From: Gammaproteobacteria bacterium
GTDB taxonomy: Bacteria > Pseudomonadota > Gammaproteobacteria > CBDBNL01 > JAAOII01
DNA length: 64,000 bases
Direction: 5' to 3'
NCBI GenBank assembly: GCA_965209035.1
Contig: OZ242372.1
Span: 768,001-832,000, forward strand
The first letter of the stretch is position 1, and every line of letters starts with the position of its first letter. This document shows, piece by piece, positions 10,741-21,324 of this stretch. The translations under genes were made by a program, and so were the position numbers. A model generated the notes under the pieces. The model was not told where the DNA came from and did not search any database. It saw nothing but the letters and a program-made list of their open reading frames with translations.

Positions 10741-11361
10741 ATGAAAACAAATCTATTAACAGTATGGTGTGTTGCGTTAGCAGCCGCCCTGGCAATGCTT
10801 GTCACAGGGTGTGCCGGCAAACAAGTCAAGGAGCAGACTTTGGAAGAAGTCAGCCACATAGACGAATGCTTTTACCCGGATGTGCCCGATAAAAAAGCCC
10901 CTCTGTGGGTATGCGGTGCGCCAATAGAAGGCCTGGCAATGCACGCGGTGGGTATAGCGGAACATTCACAGGCAGGTTTTGGCTTCATGCGTCAACTTGC
11001 CGCAACCGATGCCAGAACTCAGATGGCACAACAGATGCAAGTGCAGGTACAAAACATGATTAAGTCCTTCGTGGAAACTACGGGACAGGGCGACACAGAA
11101 ACAGTCGACAGGGTAAATACTCTGGTGACAAAACAGATTACGGACGAAAGTCTTGTGGGCAGCCGAGTCATTCGCTACATTTCAAGTCCGAATGAAACTT
11201 TGTATGTTTTGGTCGGCATGGATGAAGCGTCTGTTCGTCAATCCGCCCAAGATGCAGTAAGCAGCAGTGTGCGCGACGATAGCGCGGCCTGGCAGCAATT
11301 CCAAGCCGACAGAGGGCAGGAAGATCTGGCAAACAGTATTGCCAATCAACCCCTTAACTAA
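10741..11361 (+). CDS. Lipoprotein, probable LPP20 family
   Basis: Signal peptide with lipobox LVTGC; AP.WVC motif, then A...AR..MA helix and LYVLVG, as recalled for LPP20-type lipoproteins. Confidence 0.72.
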   Translation: MKTNLLTVWCVALAAALAMLVTGCAGKQVKEQTLEEVSHIDECFYPDVPDKKAPLWVCGAPIEGLAMHAVGIAEHSQAGFGFMRQLAATDARTQMAQQMQVQVQNMIKSFVETTGQGDTETVDRVNTLVTKQITDESLVGSRVIRYISSPNETLYVLVGMDEASVRQSAQDAVSSSVRDDSAAWQQFQADRGQEDLANSIANQPLN

Positions 11362-11461
11362 ACATTGCATTGATTGTATGATGCAAGCAAGGAAGGCATG
11401 TTGCGCAGCGGTATTAATGAAACTCTGCCCGATTCTTCTTCCTTTTTAATAATAATTAGCC

Positions 11462-12535
11462 TTGCTTAAGGAACCGAAACAAACATATATCGGCACGGAC
11501 CAAGTCATTCAAAGACAAAGAGTGCCGGAACATCTTGCGGGCCTGCGAGTTACACCTCCCTTATCGCAAGAAAGAAAAACTCTTTTGCAAAAAGAAATTA
11601 AACGGGTTATTAAAAAGAAAAATGCCGTCCTGATCGCACACTACTATGTGGATGAGGATTTACAGAAATTATCCGAAGAAACGGGCGGTTTTGTCGGCGA
11701 TTCTTTGGAAATGGCTCGCTTTGGCAAAAATCACCCTGCGGACATTCTTATCATTGCCGGGGTTAAGTTCATGGGCGAAACGGCGCAAATTCTCAGCCCG
11801 GACAAGACGGTCCTGATGCCCACTTTGGATGCCACCTGCTCTTTGGATTTGGGGTGTCCGGCCGAAGAGTTCAACGCTTTTTGTGAAGAGCATCCGGACA
11901 GAACCGTCATCGTCTATGCCAACACCTCGGCAGCCGTCAAAGCAAGAGCGGACTGGGTGGCGACTTCGTCAATTGCCATCAGTCTGGCAGAGCATCTGCA
12001 CGACCGCGGCGAAAAAATTCTGTGGGCACCGGATAAGTATCTGGGCAACTATATCGCACGCACAACGGGTGCCGATCTGCTATGCTGGAACAGTGCCTGC
12101 ATTGTTCACGAAGAATTCAAAGCACAGGGAATCAAGCGTCTTCTCAATGTGTATCCGCAAGCCGCTGTTTTGGTGCATCCCGAATCACCTCCGCCTGTCA
12201 TTGAAATGGCGGACAGGGTGGGTTCCACTTCTCAGCTGATTGCCGCAGTCAACGAACTGCCAAACGATACTTTTATCGTCGCCACAGATCGCGGGATATT
12301 CTACAAGATGCGGCAACAGGCGCCGAATAAACAACTGATCGCCGCACCGACAGCCGGCAAGGGTGCCACATGCCGAAGTTGCGCCCATTGCCCCTGGATG
12401 GCAATGAACGATTTGGAACGACTGGCGCAGTCTATCGAGGAAGAAACCAACAGAATTGACGTTCCCAAAGCACTTGCCCAAAAAGCGATCCTGCCGCTGC
12501 AACGCATGCTGCGATTTCGCCAAAAATACCACTAA
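11462..12535 (+). CDS. nadA: Quinolinate synthase
   Basis: [40 protein letters not shown]. Confidence 0.96.
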   Translation: MLKEPKQTYIGTDQVIQRQRVPEHLAGLRVTPPLSQERKTLLQKEIKRVIKKKNAVLIAHYYVDEDLQKLSEETGGFVGDSLEMARFGKNHPADILIIAGVKFMGETAQILSPDKTVLMPTLDATCSLDLGCPAEEFNAFCEEHPDRTVIVYANTSAAVKARADWVATSSIAISLAEHLHDRGEKILWAPDKYLGNYIARTTGADLLCWNSACIVHEEFKAQGIKRLLNVYPQAAVLVHPESPPPVIEMADRVGSTSQLIAAVNELPNDTFIVATDRGIFYKMRQQAPNKQLIAAPTAGKGATCRSCAHCPWMAMNDLERLAQSIEEETNRIDVPKALAQKAILPLQRMLRFRQKYH

Positions 12536-12571
12536 AAGCGCACATCTCACCCACGCACATAACAGACTGCG

Positions 12572-13153
12572 ATGTCTGAAATAGCAATTATTCTGCTCAG
12601 CACTGTTTTAGTGAACAATTTTGTTTTAACACAGTTTCTGGGTTTATGCCCCTTCATGGGGGTTTCGTCCAAGTTTGCAAACACCCTGAGTATGTCCGCG
12701 GCTACTTCGTTTGTTCTGACGCTCTCCGCAGCCGCCGCTTATCTTATTTATCATTACATTCTCGTCCCTCTCAATGCCGAGTTCATGCGAACAGTCGTCT
12801 TAATTATGGTCATTGCCGCCCTGGTTCAACTGACGGAGATGATTATCCGGCGAGTGAGCCCATTAATGTACCGAGTTCTGGGAATTTTCTTGCCTCTCAT
12901 CACTTCCAATTGTGCCGTGCTGGGTGTCGCCCTGCTCACCTTAACTCGCACGGATTCATTTACCGATGCTTTGTTTTATGGCTTTGGCGCCTCTCTCGGC
13001 TTCTCTTTGGTTCTCATTCTTTTTTCCGCATTGCGCGAAAAAATGGCACTGGCGGATATCCCCAAGCCGCTGCGAGGCACCGCGATTGCCATGATCACGG
13101 CCGGGCTGATCAGTATGATCTTCATGGGATTTGACGGACTGGTCAAATCTTAA
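12572..13153 (+). CDS. rsxA: Rnf/Rsx electron transport complex subunit A
   Basis: [34 protein letters not shown]; hydrophobic. Confidence 0.92.
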   Translation: MSEIAIILLSTVLVNNFVLTQFLGLCPFMGVSSKFANTLSMSAATSFVLTLSAAAAYLIYHYILVPLNAEFMRTVVLIMVIAALVQLTEMIIRRVSPLMYRVLGIFLPLITSNCAVLGVALLTLTRTDSFTDALFYGFGASLGFSLVLILFSALREKMALADIPKPLRGTAIAMITAGLISMIFMGFDGLVKS

Positions 13154-13182
13154 AAGATCCCGGGCGAGGTTAAAAAGCCTCT

Positions 13183-14394
13183 CTAAGAAATAACATTAAA
13201 CCGCAGGGTCCCTTCCGCGCCGGCTAAACGCTCGGTTAACCGTTTGCCGTAATTTTTGTCAATGTCGGAAATAACATAGCCCAGCAACTCGTTTGTTTTA
13301 AGATGCTGAGCAAGAATATTACAGTTGTTCTCGGCAAAGATGCCGTTAATCCGTGCTAGCATGCCGGGCACATTTTTATGAATATGGAGCATCCTGTGTG
13401 TACCGCGCACAGGCGTCAATCGGACATTTGGCAGGTTGACGCTGCCAAAACTGCTCCCGGTAGACAAATAGTCTATTAAGATATCGGGCACATACTCGCC
13501 AATGGCTTGTTGTGCCTGCTCCGTGCTACCGCCTATATGAGGTGTCAGTAAAACATTTGACAGGTTTCGCAAGGGCGATTTGAAAGAGCCGAGGCTCTTG
13601 GACGGCTCATCCGGAAAAGCATCCATGGCCGCACCCGCCAAATGTTCGGCAGCAAGAGCCGCTACAAGCGCAGCCGTATCCACAAGCATCCCCCTTGAGA
13701 TGTTCAATAACAGAGATCCTTTTTTCATCATCGCGATTTCTTTTTTGCCAATGATCCGAATATTGTCTTTGCCTCCGTCCACATGCAGGGTAACAACATC
13801 CGCCAGTCGCAGCAATTCGGTCAAACTGCGACATTTGCGGGCATTGCCATGGGCAAGCCTTTCCGCCAGGTCATAGTAAACCACGCGCATCCCCAGGGCT
13901 TCCGCCAATATGGAAAGTTGCGAGCCCACATTGCCGTAACCGACAATACCGAGCGTCTTGCCGCGCACTTCCTGTGCCCCCGCACTCTTTTTATTCCATT
14001 TGCCGTTATGCATTTCACGATTGCGATCTCCACTCTGACGCATCAAAGCAAAAATCTGCCCCAAGGTCAGTTCCACCACGCTTCGGGTATTGGCATAGGG
14101 GGCATTAAAAACGGCGACCCCCATTTCTGAGGCGGCCGAAATGTCTATTTGATTCACCCCGACACCAAAGGCACCGATTGCTTGTAAGCACGGAGCCTGC
14201 CGCAACAACTCGGCCGTCAGTTTCGTTTTGGAGCGAATTCCCAAAACGGTCGTATCCGCCAGCATGGAAGCCGGGTTCTTGATAGGCAAGTTATCGGCTG
14301 TGCTGACTTGAAGACCCGCCGCCTCAAAGCGAGTTTTTGCAACCGGATGAATCTTATCCAGCAACAACACTTTTTCTTTTTTTATCTTATGCAT
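13183..14394 (-). CDS. serA: D-3-phosphoglycerate dehydrogenase with ACT domain
   Basis: GIRSKT, FNAPYANTRSV.EL, GIVGYGNVG, TPHIGGST, HKNVPGML. Confidence 0.95.
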   Translation of the reverse strand: MHKIKKEKVLLLDKIHPVAKTRFEAAGLQVSTADNLPIKNPASMLADTTVLGIRSKTKLTAELLRQAPCLQAIGAFGVGVNQIDISAASEMGVAVFNAPYANTRSVVELTLGQIFALMRQSGDRNREMHNGKWNKKSAGAQEVRGKTLGIVGYGNVGSQLSILAEALGMRVVYYDLAERLAHGNARKCRSLTELLRLADVVTLHVDGGKDNIRIIGKKEIAMMKKGSLLLNISRGMLVDTAALVAALAAEHLAGAAMDAFPDEPSKSLGSFKSPLRNLSNVLLTPHIGGSTEQAQQAIGEYVPDILIDYLSTGSSFGSVNLPNVRLTPVRGTHRMLHIHKNVPGMLARINGIFAENNCNILAQHLKTNELLGYVISDIDKNYGKRLTERLAGAEGTLRFNVIS

Positions 14395-14441
14395 TTTCGT
14401 TTTGCATTTGCATTATTAAGTTTTAAATTTTATGGTATCTC

Positions 14442-15230
14442 TTATCCGCCCGACTTACCCCGCTTACCTCGATTCCCCCGCTTACCCGGTATTGTTTCGG
14501 TTATCCGCGGATGCGGGGCATTGCATTGTTCAATAAAGTGAAAAAATTCCTCCATAAATTCTTCAATGCTGCTTACCTCAACATCCGCAGATGCCACAAC
14601 TTCCGGCCGGCGAACATTTTCCGTGAATACACAAAAAAAATCCGCCAGACCCTCCGCGCGAATCTCGTAATCCGTAAACCCATCTCCAAGCACCACCGTC
14701 CGGGAGTCTTTATGTTGTTTCAAATCCGGCAAACTCCGCATCAATTCCGGCTTGCCACCCACCCGCGACAGCGGGTTATCTTTGTCATAACCGGTTACCT
14801 TGCCGGCACGGTCAAAAAGAAACCGGTTTGCATAGGTCCGACAGCGCATTAAACCGCAGGTTTCCAATACAGGCCCCATGTAATCAATAAACCCGCCGGA
14901 AACAACAACAATTCGTTTTGCGTTTTGACGAAAAAAATTGAGATTACGTCGGACGGAAGTACTTAAAAGAGAAGGCAATCGTCCCGCCAATTCGTTGATA
15001 TGCGCGCGTTCAATGCTAAGCAGCGACAAACGCTCGGCAAGTGCTTTGCCGAAATCCAGTTCACCCGCCATAGATTTTTGAGTGACAGATTCTATGCGTT
15101 GTAAAGTCCTATTCCGAACTGTAGCGGACGCATCTTGCAAAGAAATCTCGGCAAGAAGTTCCAAACTTTCAACCTTCACCAAAGTGCTGTCAAAATCCAG
15201 AACAATAACAGGGATATTTTTATCCGTCAC
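14442..15230 (-). CDS. HAD-IB hydrolase, probable phosphoserine phosphatase
   Basis: DFDSTL motif I, VSGGF, K, GDGFTD; directly upstream of serA. Confidence 0.82.
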   Translation of the reverse strand: MTDKNIPVIVLDFDSTLVKVESLELLAEISLQDASATVRNRTLQRIESVTQKSMAGELDFGKALAERLSLLSIERAHINELAGRLPSLLSTSVRRNLNFFRQNAKRIVVVSGGFIDYMGPVLETCGLMRCRTYANRFLFDRAGKVTGYDKDNPLSRVGGKPELMRSLPDLKQHKDSRTVVLGDGFTDYEIRAEGLADFFCVFTENVRRPEVVASADVEVSSIEEFMEEFFHFIEQCNAPHPRITETIPGKRGNRGKRGKSGG

Positions 15231-15276
15231 CGGATATTAATAAAAAGAACTCTTACTCAGTATCGCAAGCAAACCG

Positions 15277-17238
15277 TTACATTAACAGAGAATCCGTCAT
15301 AACTTCCACCAAAGCAAATCCTTTGTGGTTCATTGCTTTCTCAAAAGCCGCATCCAATTCCTCTTGCTTTTCCACCCGCAAGCCCAAGCCGCCGCAATTG
15401 GTCGTGAATTCGGAAAAGTTCGGATTGTGCAAACTCGTTTGCCACACATCGAAGTTTGCCACTCTCTGTTCCTTACTAATCTTACCCAACTCCTTATTAT
15501 GCAAAAGAATGTGTGTGATATTCATATCATACTTAACGGCTGTGGTAATCTCCGCCAAAAACTGTCCCAGACCGCCGTCGCCGGAAACAGAAACCACCTT
15601 GCGTCCCTTAAAAGCCGGATCCTCTTCGCCGGTCGCCACCCATGCCCCCATGGCGGCAGGCAAGGCAAAACCGATGGAACCCAGGTAACCGGACATCAGC
15701 ACCGCCTGCTGATCGCATTCAAAATACCGACCAAAAGAGTAGGTGTTGTTTCCAACATCTACGGCGATAATGGCATCCGCGGGTGTCCGCCGCGCCAATC
15801 TGTCAAACAGAACGGCGGAATTAATGCCTTTGCCGGCATCGTCTTGCATACGCTTCTCTTTTTCGGCACGCCATAGTCTCCACCGTTCTTTAATCTGTTC
15901 TTGCCGATCCTCCTTGACAACTCCCGCAAGTTCCTTGGCAAGAATGTCGGCGGTGATTTCTATTTCTCCCCAGACGGGAATATCTACGGGATGGAACTTA
16001 CCAAGTGCCATCACATCATAGTCCACCTGAATGAGTTTCTTTTTGGTCGTGATCCCCGTATGATTGCTAAAACTTGCTCCGAAAACTAAAATAGTGTCGC
16101 ACTCGTTCATAAACCAACTGGCAATGGGAGTCCCGCTGCGCCCAAGCACCCCGCAAGCCAGAGGATGCGCATCGGAAATAACTCCTTTGCCCTTAAAGGT
16201 TGTCAATACCGGGACATTCAATTGCTCCGCCAGATTCAAGATACTATTCATCGCAAAGCGCGCCCCATGCCCGCATATGATCACCGGCCTTTTGGACTGC
16301 TTCAATGTGGCCACGGCCTGCCGCACCGAATCCGCCGCCGGTGTGATAGCACGGTTGCCCAGCCTCCCGACCGGCGAGCCCGCCTTCGCGTTCTCATCCG
16401 CTGCGAGAGTTTGCACCTGATCCGGAAAAATCAGGTGGGAAACATTACGATTCAAGATGGCACTTTTACATGCCAAGTTCACCAATTCGGCGTGCTTACT
16501 TGAAGGAAGAACTTGCTGACTAAACCCCGCCACCTGACCGAATGCGGCTTGCAAATCGATCTCTTGAAAAGCACCGGGGCCGAGAAACTGTGTTTCCACT
16601 TGCCCGGACAATGCGATCACGGGGGCCCTGTCCACATGCGCATCCCAAAGTCCTGTGAGAAGATTAGTAGAGCCGGGGCCCGCAATCGCCAAACAGGCAA
16701 TCGGACGCCCGGTTAATTTTGCATAACCGGAACAGGCAAAAGCGGCCGCCCCCTCGTGCCGGATACCGAAGTAGCGCATGTCGCCTTCTTCGCATTTGCG
16801 CCGCACCGCATCCGCCAATCCCAAATTGGAGTGCCCCACCATACCGAACACCGCTTTGATACCCCAGTTCACCAAAGTATCCGCCATCACATCGCTCACG
16901 GTCACCGGACGGGCTTCTTCCTCTTCCAAACAAACATAAACCCCGTCTGCGCGATCTTCCACCGTATAGGTCGGAACGCCGTCATCATGCGAACCGGGCG
17001 AGCGGCCCGTGTGCGGATGAAAATCCCAGCCGTGCCAGGGACAACGCAACCAGCCATCTTCGATGGAACCTTCTCCCAAGGGACCTCCCTGGTGCGGGCA
17101 TTTATTATCCATAGCCCCGTACTTACCCGCATACTTTGTCAGGCAAAGTGTTTTTCTGCCGCAGGCAACGGATGTCACACGGTTTTCACCAAGTTCGTCC
17201 TTGGCAAGAACCTTATACCATTTTTTGTTCTTGTTCAT
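15277..17238 (-). CDS. Rieske [2Fe-2S] domain fused to a ThDP-dependent pyruvate oxidase/acetolactate synthase-like enzyme
   Basis: N-terminal CPHQGGPL...CPWHGWDF; IRHEGAAAF, GPGSTN, GDGG...N ThDP motif. Confidence 0.88.
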   Translation of the reverse strand: MNKNKKWYKVLAKDELGENRVTSVACGRKTLCLTKYAGKYGAMDNKCPHQGGPLGEGSIEDGWLRCPWHGWDFHPHTGRSPGSHDDGVPTYTVEDRADGVYVCLEEEEARPVTVSDVMADTLVNWGIKAVFGMVGHSNLGLADAVRRKCEEGDMRYFGIRHEGAAAFACSGYAKLTGRPIACLAIAGPGSTNLLTGLWDAHVDRAPVIALSGQVETQFLGPGAFQEIDLQAAFGQVAGFSQQVLPSSKHAELVNLACKSAILNRNVSHLIFPDQVQTLAADENAKAGSPVGRLGNRAITPAADSVRQAVATLKQSKRPVIICGHGARFAMNSILNLAEQLNVPVLTTFKGKGVISDAHPLACGVLGRSGTPIASWFMNECDTILVFGASFSNHTGITTKKKLIQVDYDVMALGKFHPVDIPVWGEIEITADILAKELAGVVKEDRQEQIKERWRLWRAEKEKRMQDDAGKGINSAVLFDRLARRTPADAIIAVDVGNNTYSFGRYFECDQQAVLMSGYLGSIGFALPAAMGAWVATGEEDPAFKGRKVVSVSGDGGLGQFLAEITTAVKYDMNITHILLHNKELGKISKEQRVANFDVWQTSLHNPNFSEFTTNCGGLGLRVEKQEELDAAFEKAMNHKGFALVEVMTDSLLM

Positions 17239-18860
17239 ATTGATTCGGCTTCAACGCCGCCGTAGTTGATCCCGGTTAAGCGGACCATATCGTAATTAAA
17301 TGTTGTGAGATCCTCGGTACAAAACTGACTTAAATGATCATGCCCGCAAGCCCGAGCCAACACTTGCATCAACTTGACGGAAGCATCAAAAAAGGTGGCA
17401 AGTCGCTTCGCCGATTCTTTAATAATTAACCTTGCCCGCAAATCCTTTTGCTGAGTTGCTATGCCGACCGGACAATTATTGGTATGGCACGCACGCATAC
17501 CCAAACAGCCGATGGCTTGAATGGCTGCGTTTGAAACGGCAATCCCATCCGCGCCCAATGCGAGTGCCTTGGCAAAGTCTGCGGGAACACGCAAACCGCC
17601 CGTAATGATGAGAGTGACATCCGGTCGTGCCATTTTATTCAAGTGTCGGCGTGCCCTGGCCAATGCGGGTATGGTCGGTACGGAAATATGATCGCGAAAA
17701 ATAACCGGTGCCGCGCCGGTGCCGCCGCCGCGCCCATCCAAAATAATGTAATTGACGCCTATGTCCAACGCGGCATCTATGTCCTTTTCTATGTTTTGTG
17801 CCGAAAGCTTATAGCCGATGGGGATCCCGCCTGTCTCTTCTTTAACCATATCCGCAAAGTCACGCATCCGGCTGATGTCTTCCCAGTCCGGAAAACTGGC
17901 CGGTGATATGGCGGGAGTGCCGGGTTTGAGACCGCGCACCTTGGCAATCTTGCCGGCAACCTTACTGCCGGAAAGATGTCCGCCCGTACCGGTCTTTGCC
18001 GCCTGACCGCCTTTGAAATGAAATGCTTGACACTTTTTCACTTTATCCATACCATAACCAAACCGCGCCGAAGCCAATTCGTAAAAATAACGCCGACATG
18101 CCTGTTGCTCCTCCGCCAGCATACCACCCTCGCCGCTGCATATGCCGGTACCCGACATTTCGGCCCCTTGAGCCAATGCCAGTTTCGCCTCCTCGGAAAG
18201 AGCGCCAAAACTCATATCCGAAACAAAAAGCGGGATTTTTAATTTCAACGGTTTTTTGGCCGTAGCCCCTATCACCAGATCCGTCCCTACGGTAGAATCG
18301 TCCAACAGAGGAAACTTATGCAGTTGCGCGGTGACAAACTGTATGTCATCCCACCGAGGCAACTGATCATAGGGGACGCCCATCGCCGCCATAGGGCCAT
18401 GATGACCGGCATCCAGTCCGTGTTTTGCAAGGTGTTGTATCTCCTTGTTATGCGGTTCGGCGGCTCTGAACTTCTCATCACTATGATCGGCATACTGACC
18501 GAGATAGGTATTGCGAGCGTAGGGTTGCGGATTATCTTTCTCCCATGCGGAAATTTGATCTTCGTCCACCCAAACCTTATCATCTTCCACCCAAGCATTG
18601 AACTTGGCCAACCTTTCCGTCGGGTTATAAGAACTGATACCCGTGTCATAACGAAAATCCCAGCCATGCAATCCGCAGATGAGGTTATCGCCTTCAATTG
18701 CTCCGTCCGCAAGCAATCCGCCGCGATGCAAGCAACGCCCGTAAAGAACCGAAATTTTGTCGTCATAACGGACGACTACCAGATCCACATTGGCAACCAG
18801 AGCGGCTGTCGGCTGACGATCCTTAAGCAGACTCCAAGAACAAATACTCTTTTTTCTCAT
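17235..18860 (-). CDS. Rieske [2Fe-2S] domain fused to an FMN-binding glutamate synthase-family protein
   Basis: N-terminal CLHRGG...CGLHGWDF; MSFGALS, GEGG, GQAAK.GTGG, DGRGGGTGAAP, CLGMRACHTNNCPVG [3Fe-4S] motif. No amidotransferase domain. Confidence 0.88.
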   Translation of the reverse strand: MRKKSICSWSLLKDRQPTAALVANVDLVVVRYDDKISVLYGRCLHRGGLLADGAIEGDNLICGLHGWDFRYDTGISSYNPTERLAKFNAWVEDDKVWVDEDQISAWEKDNPQPYARNTYLGQYADHSDEKFRAAEPHNKEIQHLAKHGLDAGHHGPMAAMGVPYDQLPRWDDIQFVTAQLHKFPLLDDSTVGTDLVIGATAKKPLKLKIPLFVSDMSFGALSEEAKLALAQGAEMSGTGICSGEGGMLAEEQQACRRYFYELASARFGYGMDKVKKCQAFHFKGGQAAKTGTGGHLSGSKVAGKIAKVRGLKPGTPAISPASFPDWEDISRMRDFADMVKEETGGIPIGYKLSAQNIEKDIDAALDIGVNYIILDGRGGGTGAAPVIFRDHISVPTIPALARARRHLNKMARPDVTLIITGGLRVPADFAKALALGADGIAVSNAAIQAIGCLGMRACHTNNCPVGIATQQKDLRARLIIKESAKRLATFFDASVKLMQVLARACGHDHLSQFCTEDLTTFNYDMVRLTGINYGGVEAESI

Positions 18861-18877
18861 TGCGATTATTATACACT

Positions 18878-19723
18878 CTACTCGTGATATTTTCTATAAA
18901 AGTGATGCAACGGGCCGTTTCCCTTGCCAATTTTTAAATCTTTACCCGCCGTTATGGCTCCGGTAACATATTTTTTAGAATGCTCTACGGCCGCCGGCAA
19001 GGAGTGCCCGCGTGCCAAGTAAGCACAAATAGCCGAAGACAGGGTGCAGCCGCTGCCGTGTGTGTGTGTTGTATCCTGCCTCGGGGCGGAAAACTTGCGA
19101 ATAGGGGACCCAATAGAGGAGGACCCATCCAGTAACCAGTCGTCCGAAGTGACACCGGACGAATGACCTCCCTTAATCAAGACCGCGGGAGCACCCAGTT
19201 TTCTCAAGGATGCGGCCGCTTCGGGGATGTTTGAAATCACCTCTTCCGGCCTGATGCCCAGAAGTGCCGCAGACTCGGGGATATTTGGTGTCACGATGCA
19301 AGACAACGGAAAGATTTCACCTATTAGCGAAGAAATTGCATCACCGGCAAGAAGTTTTGCACCGCCTTGGGAAAGAAGCACAGGATCCAACACAATGTTT
19401 TTCCAATTCGTCCGCCTCAACTCTTTGGCAACTTCCGAGATAATTCGCTTATTCGCCAGCATCCCAATCTTAACCGAATGGATATGCATATCCTTGGCAA
19501 CCGTTTGCATCTGAAGACGGACAAATTGTGGCGCAACCTCGGCGACGCCCGCCACCTCGCAAGTATTTTGCGCGGTCAAAGCGGTAATCACGGAAGCGGC
19601 ATATACTCCCAAAGCGGAAAATGTCTTAATGTCGGCCTGAATTCCGGCACCGCCTCCCGAATCCGAACCCGCAATCGTCACGGCTACGGGAATCCCCGCT
19701 ACCATGACCGAAGTTCTTCGCAC
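18878..19723 (-). CDS. thiD: Hydroxymethylpyrimidine/phosphomethylpyrimidine kinase
   Basis: TIAGSDSGGGAGIQADIKT, TAQNT, KGGH, THGSGCTLS. Confidence 0.95.
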   Translation of the reverse strand: MRRTSVMVAGIPVAVTIAGSDSGGGAGIQADIKTFSALGVYAASVITALTAQNTCEVAGVAEVAPQFVRLQMQTVAKDMHIHSVKIGMLANKRIISEVAKELRRTNWKNIVLDPVLLSQGGAKLLAGDAISSLIGEIFPLSCIVTPNIPESAALLGIRPEEVISNIPEAAASLRKLGAPAVLIKGGHSSGVTSDDWLLDGSSSIGSPIRKFSAPRQDTTHTHGSGCTLSSAICAYLARGHSLPAAVEHSKKYVTGAITAGKDLKIGKGNGPLHHFYRKYHE

Positions 19724-20367
19724 ATTTGCTCGGCGATTGATCGCGGATCTTTTGCAAACGCGAGACCTTCAAACAAAACAATGCCGTCCGGCCGAAGCGG
19801 GCGCAATGACCGAAGATTCCGTGCATTGATACCGCCTATACAAAATATAGGCACGGCACTTCGTTTGCGTACTTCGGCTATCACCCGCCTTGCTCCCACA
19901 ACACCCAAAATTGGCAGGCCCGGTTTTGTGCGGCTGGGAAACATACAACCGAGAGAAACATAATCCAATTCCGCATACGGGGCCATTTGGGCATGCAATT
20001 CGGAATGCAAAGTCTGGCCGATTACGGCGGAACTTCCGAGCAGTCGTCGCGCCCTGCCGACCGGCATATCGGTTTGTCCCAGATGGACACCGTCCGCTTG
20101 GATCTTCCGACAAAGAGCAACATCGTCATTAATAAGAAACAGGGCTGCGCGCCTGGCACAGATTTTTTTTAATTCCAAAAGAACCTCCGTATCTTCGGCA
20201 GTTTCGGCAGGCTCGTCCGCCACAGCGCGCCATTGAACAATTCCGACACCTCCCGCCAGAACCGAAGGAACCAAAGATGCCAAATCATCGCGAGACGCGC
20301 GAGACGCATTCGCCAAAAAGTAAATGCACGGTATCTTATCCTTTAAGGAAGACTGCTTAGGGAACAT
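19699..20367 (-). CDS. thiE: Thiamine-phosphate synthase
   Basis: VQWR, LINDD, DGVHLGQTD, FPSRTK, IGGI. ATG at 20367 preferred. Confidence 0.9.
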   Translation of the reverse strand: MFPKQSSLKDKIPCIYFLANASRASRDDLASLVPSVLAGGVGIVQWRAVADEPAETAEDTEVLLELKKICARRAALFLINDDVALCRKIQADGVHLGQTDMPVGRARRLLGSSAVIGQTLHSELHAQMAPYAELDYVSLGCMFPSRTKPGLPILGVVGARRVIAEVRKRSAVPIFCIGGINARNLRSLRPLRPDGIVLFEGLAFAKDPRSIAEQMCEELRSW

Positions 20368-21307
20368 ATCCCCCGCCCATTTGCCGAACATATAACCCTA
20401 TCCCCAGCAAAAATCTGTAAGATCTGCGCATCCCGTTATACAAGAACGGTAACTTACCATTCAACCACTCTTTCCAGGAGGCTCTTCTATAGCCAGCCGG
20501 TCGCCCGGTGATCGTGGAGTTTTGAAAAAAATATGCCGTCGTTTGTACCACCTTTGGATTGACACCGGCAATACCGTATCTTTTATCATAAACACCCAAG
20601 GTTAATAACAAATCCAAGGGCAGACGCATGGGCATAGACAGTTCCAATAATTTTTTTACCCCCCTCAATGTGATCAAATATCCATGGCTACCCAAGGGAA
20701 CCACTACAAAATGACCCAACTCATAAGGATGATTTAATTTAACCCGCCCCCACAAAGACAAGGGAGTTTCCTCATCCTTAAGAGAGCGGGCACCCCAATA
20801 CAAATGACCCAGGAAGATTAATTCATACCTGAGATCTTGCTTTACCAAGTGTAAAATGAATTCGCCAAAGCCTGGCATGAGTTGTGCGTCATCTTCCAAA
20901 ATAACGGCAAAAGGGTTATTCTCATGAATCATATGGCTATATATTTTCATATGGCTCAAAAAGCAACCCACCTCACCGGCCGTCAAAGGGCGCGGCAACA
21001 TCGCTTTTTCAACTTTAATTTTCTTTCGCTTTTTGGGGACCACAAAATGATGGAGACGCACCATCATGTCTTGCTCGGAACTCGCATATTCCCGCTTAAT
21101 TTCATTATAGTTATCTGTGACCTCTTCTCCCAACTTGACACCGTCCACGGCATCCACAAAACCGTAAAAAACTTTTTCTCTCGTTAACTGGTTTTCTATA
21201 CTACGCCGCCTTTCCTCACTTTGTCGCATATTAACGACATACACAGGCGGATAACCCGCCCTTTTGTCCGTCCTCTTGTACTGTGTATTGCGATACTCTA
21301 TCGTCAT
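20357..21307 (-). CDS. Glycosyltransferase family 25 (LOS biosynthesis-type)
   Basis: YVVNM..SEERR, FVDAVDG, GEVGCFLSH, ILEDDA. Confidence 0.9.
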   Translation of the reverse strand: MTIEYRNTQYKRTDKRAGYPPVYVVNMRQSEERRRSIENQLTREKVFYGFVDAVDGVKLGEEVTDNYNEIKREYASSEQDMMVRLHHFVVPKKRKKIKVEKAMLPRPLTAGEVGCFLSHMKIYSHMIHENNPFAVILEDDAQLMPGFGEFILHLVKQDLRYELIFLGHLYWGARSLKDEETPLSLWGRVKLNHPYELGHFVVVPLGSHGYLITLRGVKKLLELSMPMRLPLDLLLTLGVYDKRYGIAGVNPKVVQTTAYFFQNSTITGRPAGYRRASWKEWLNGKLPFLYNGMRRSYRFLLGIGLYVRQMGGGYVP

Positions 21308-21324
21308 GACCGGCGATGATTCTT

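Noticed and set aside
18860-20450. TPP riboswitch upstream of thiE-thiD
   Set aside because: thiE overlaps the upstream glycosyltransferase, leaving no leader, and no CTGAGA-type core was seen.
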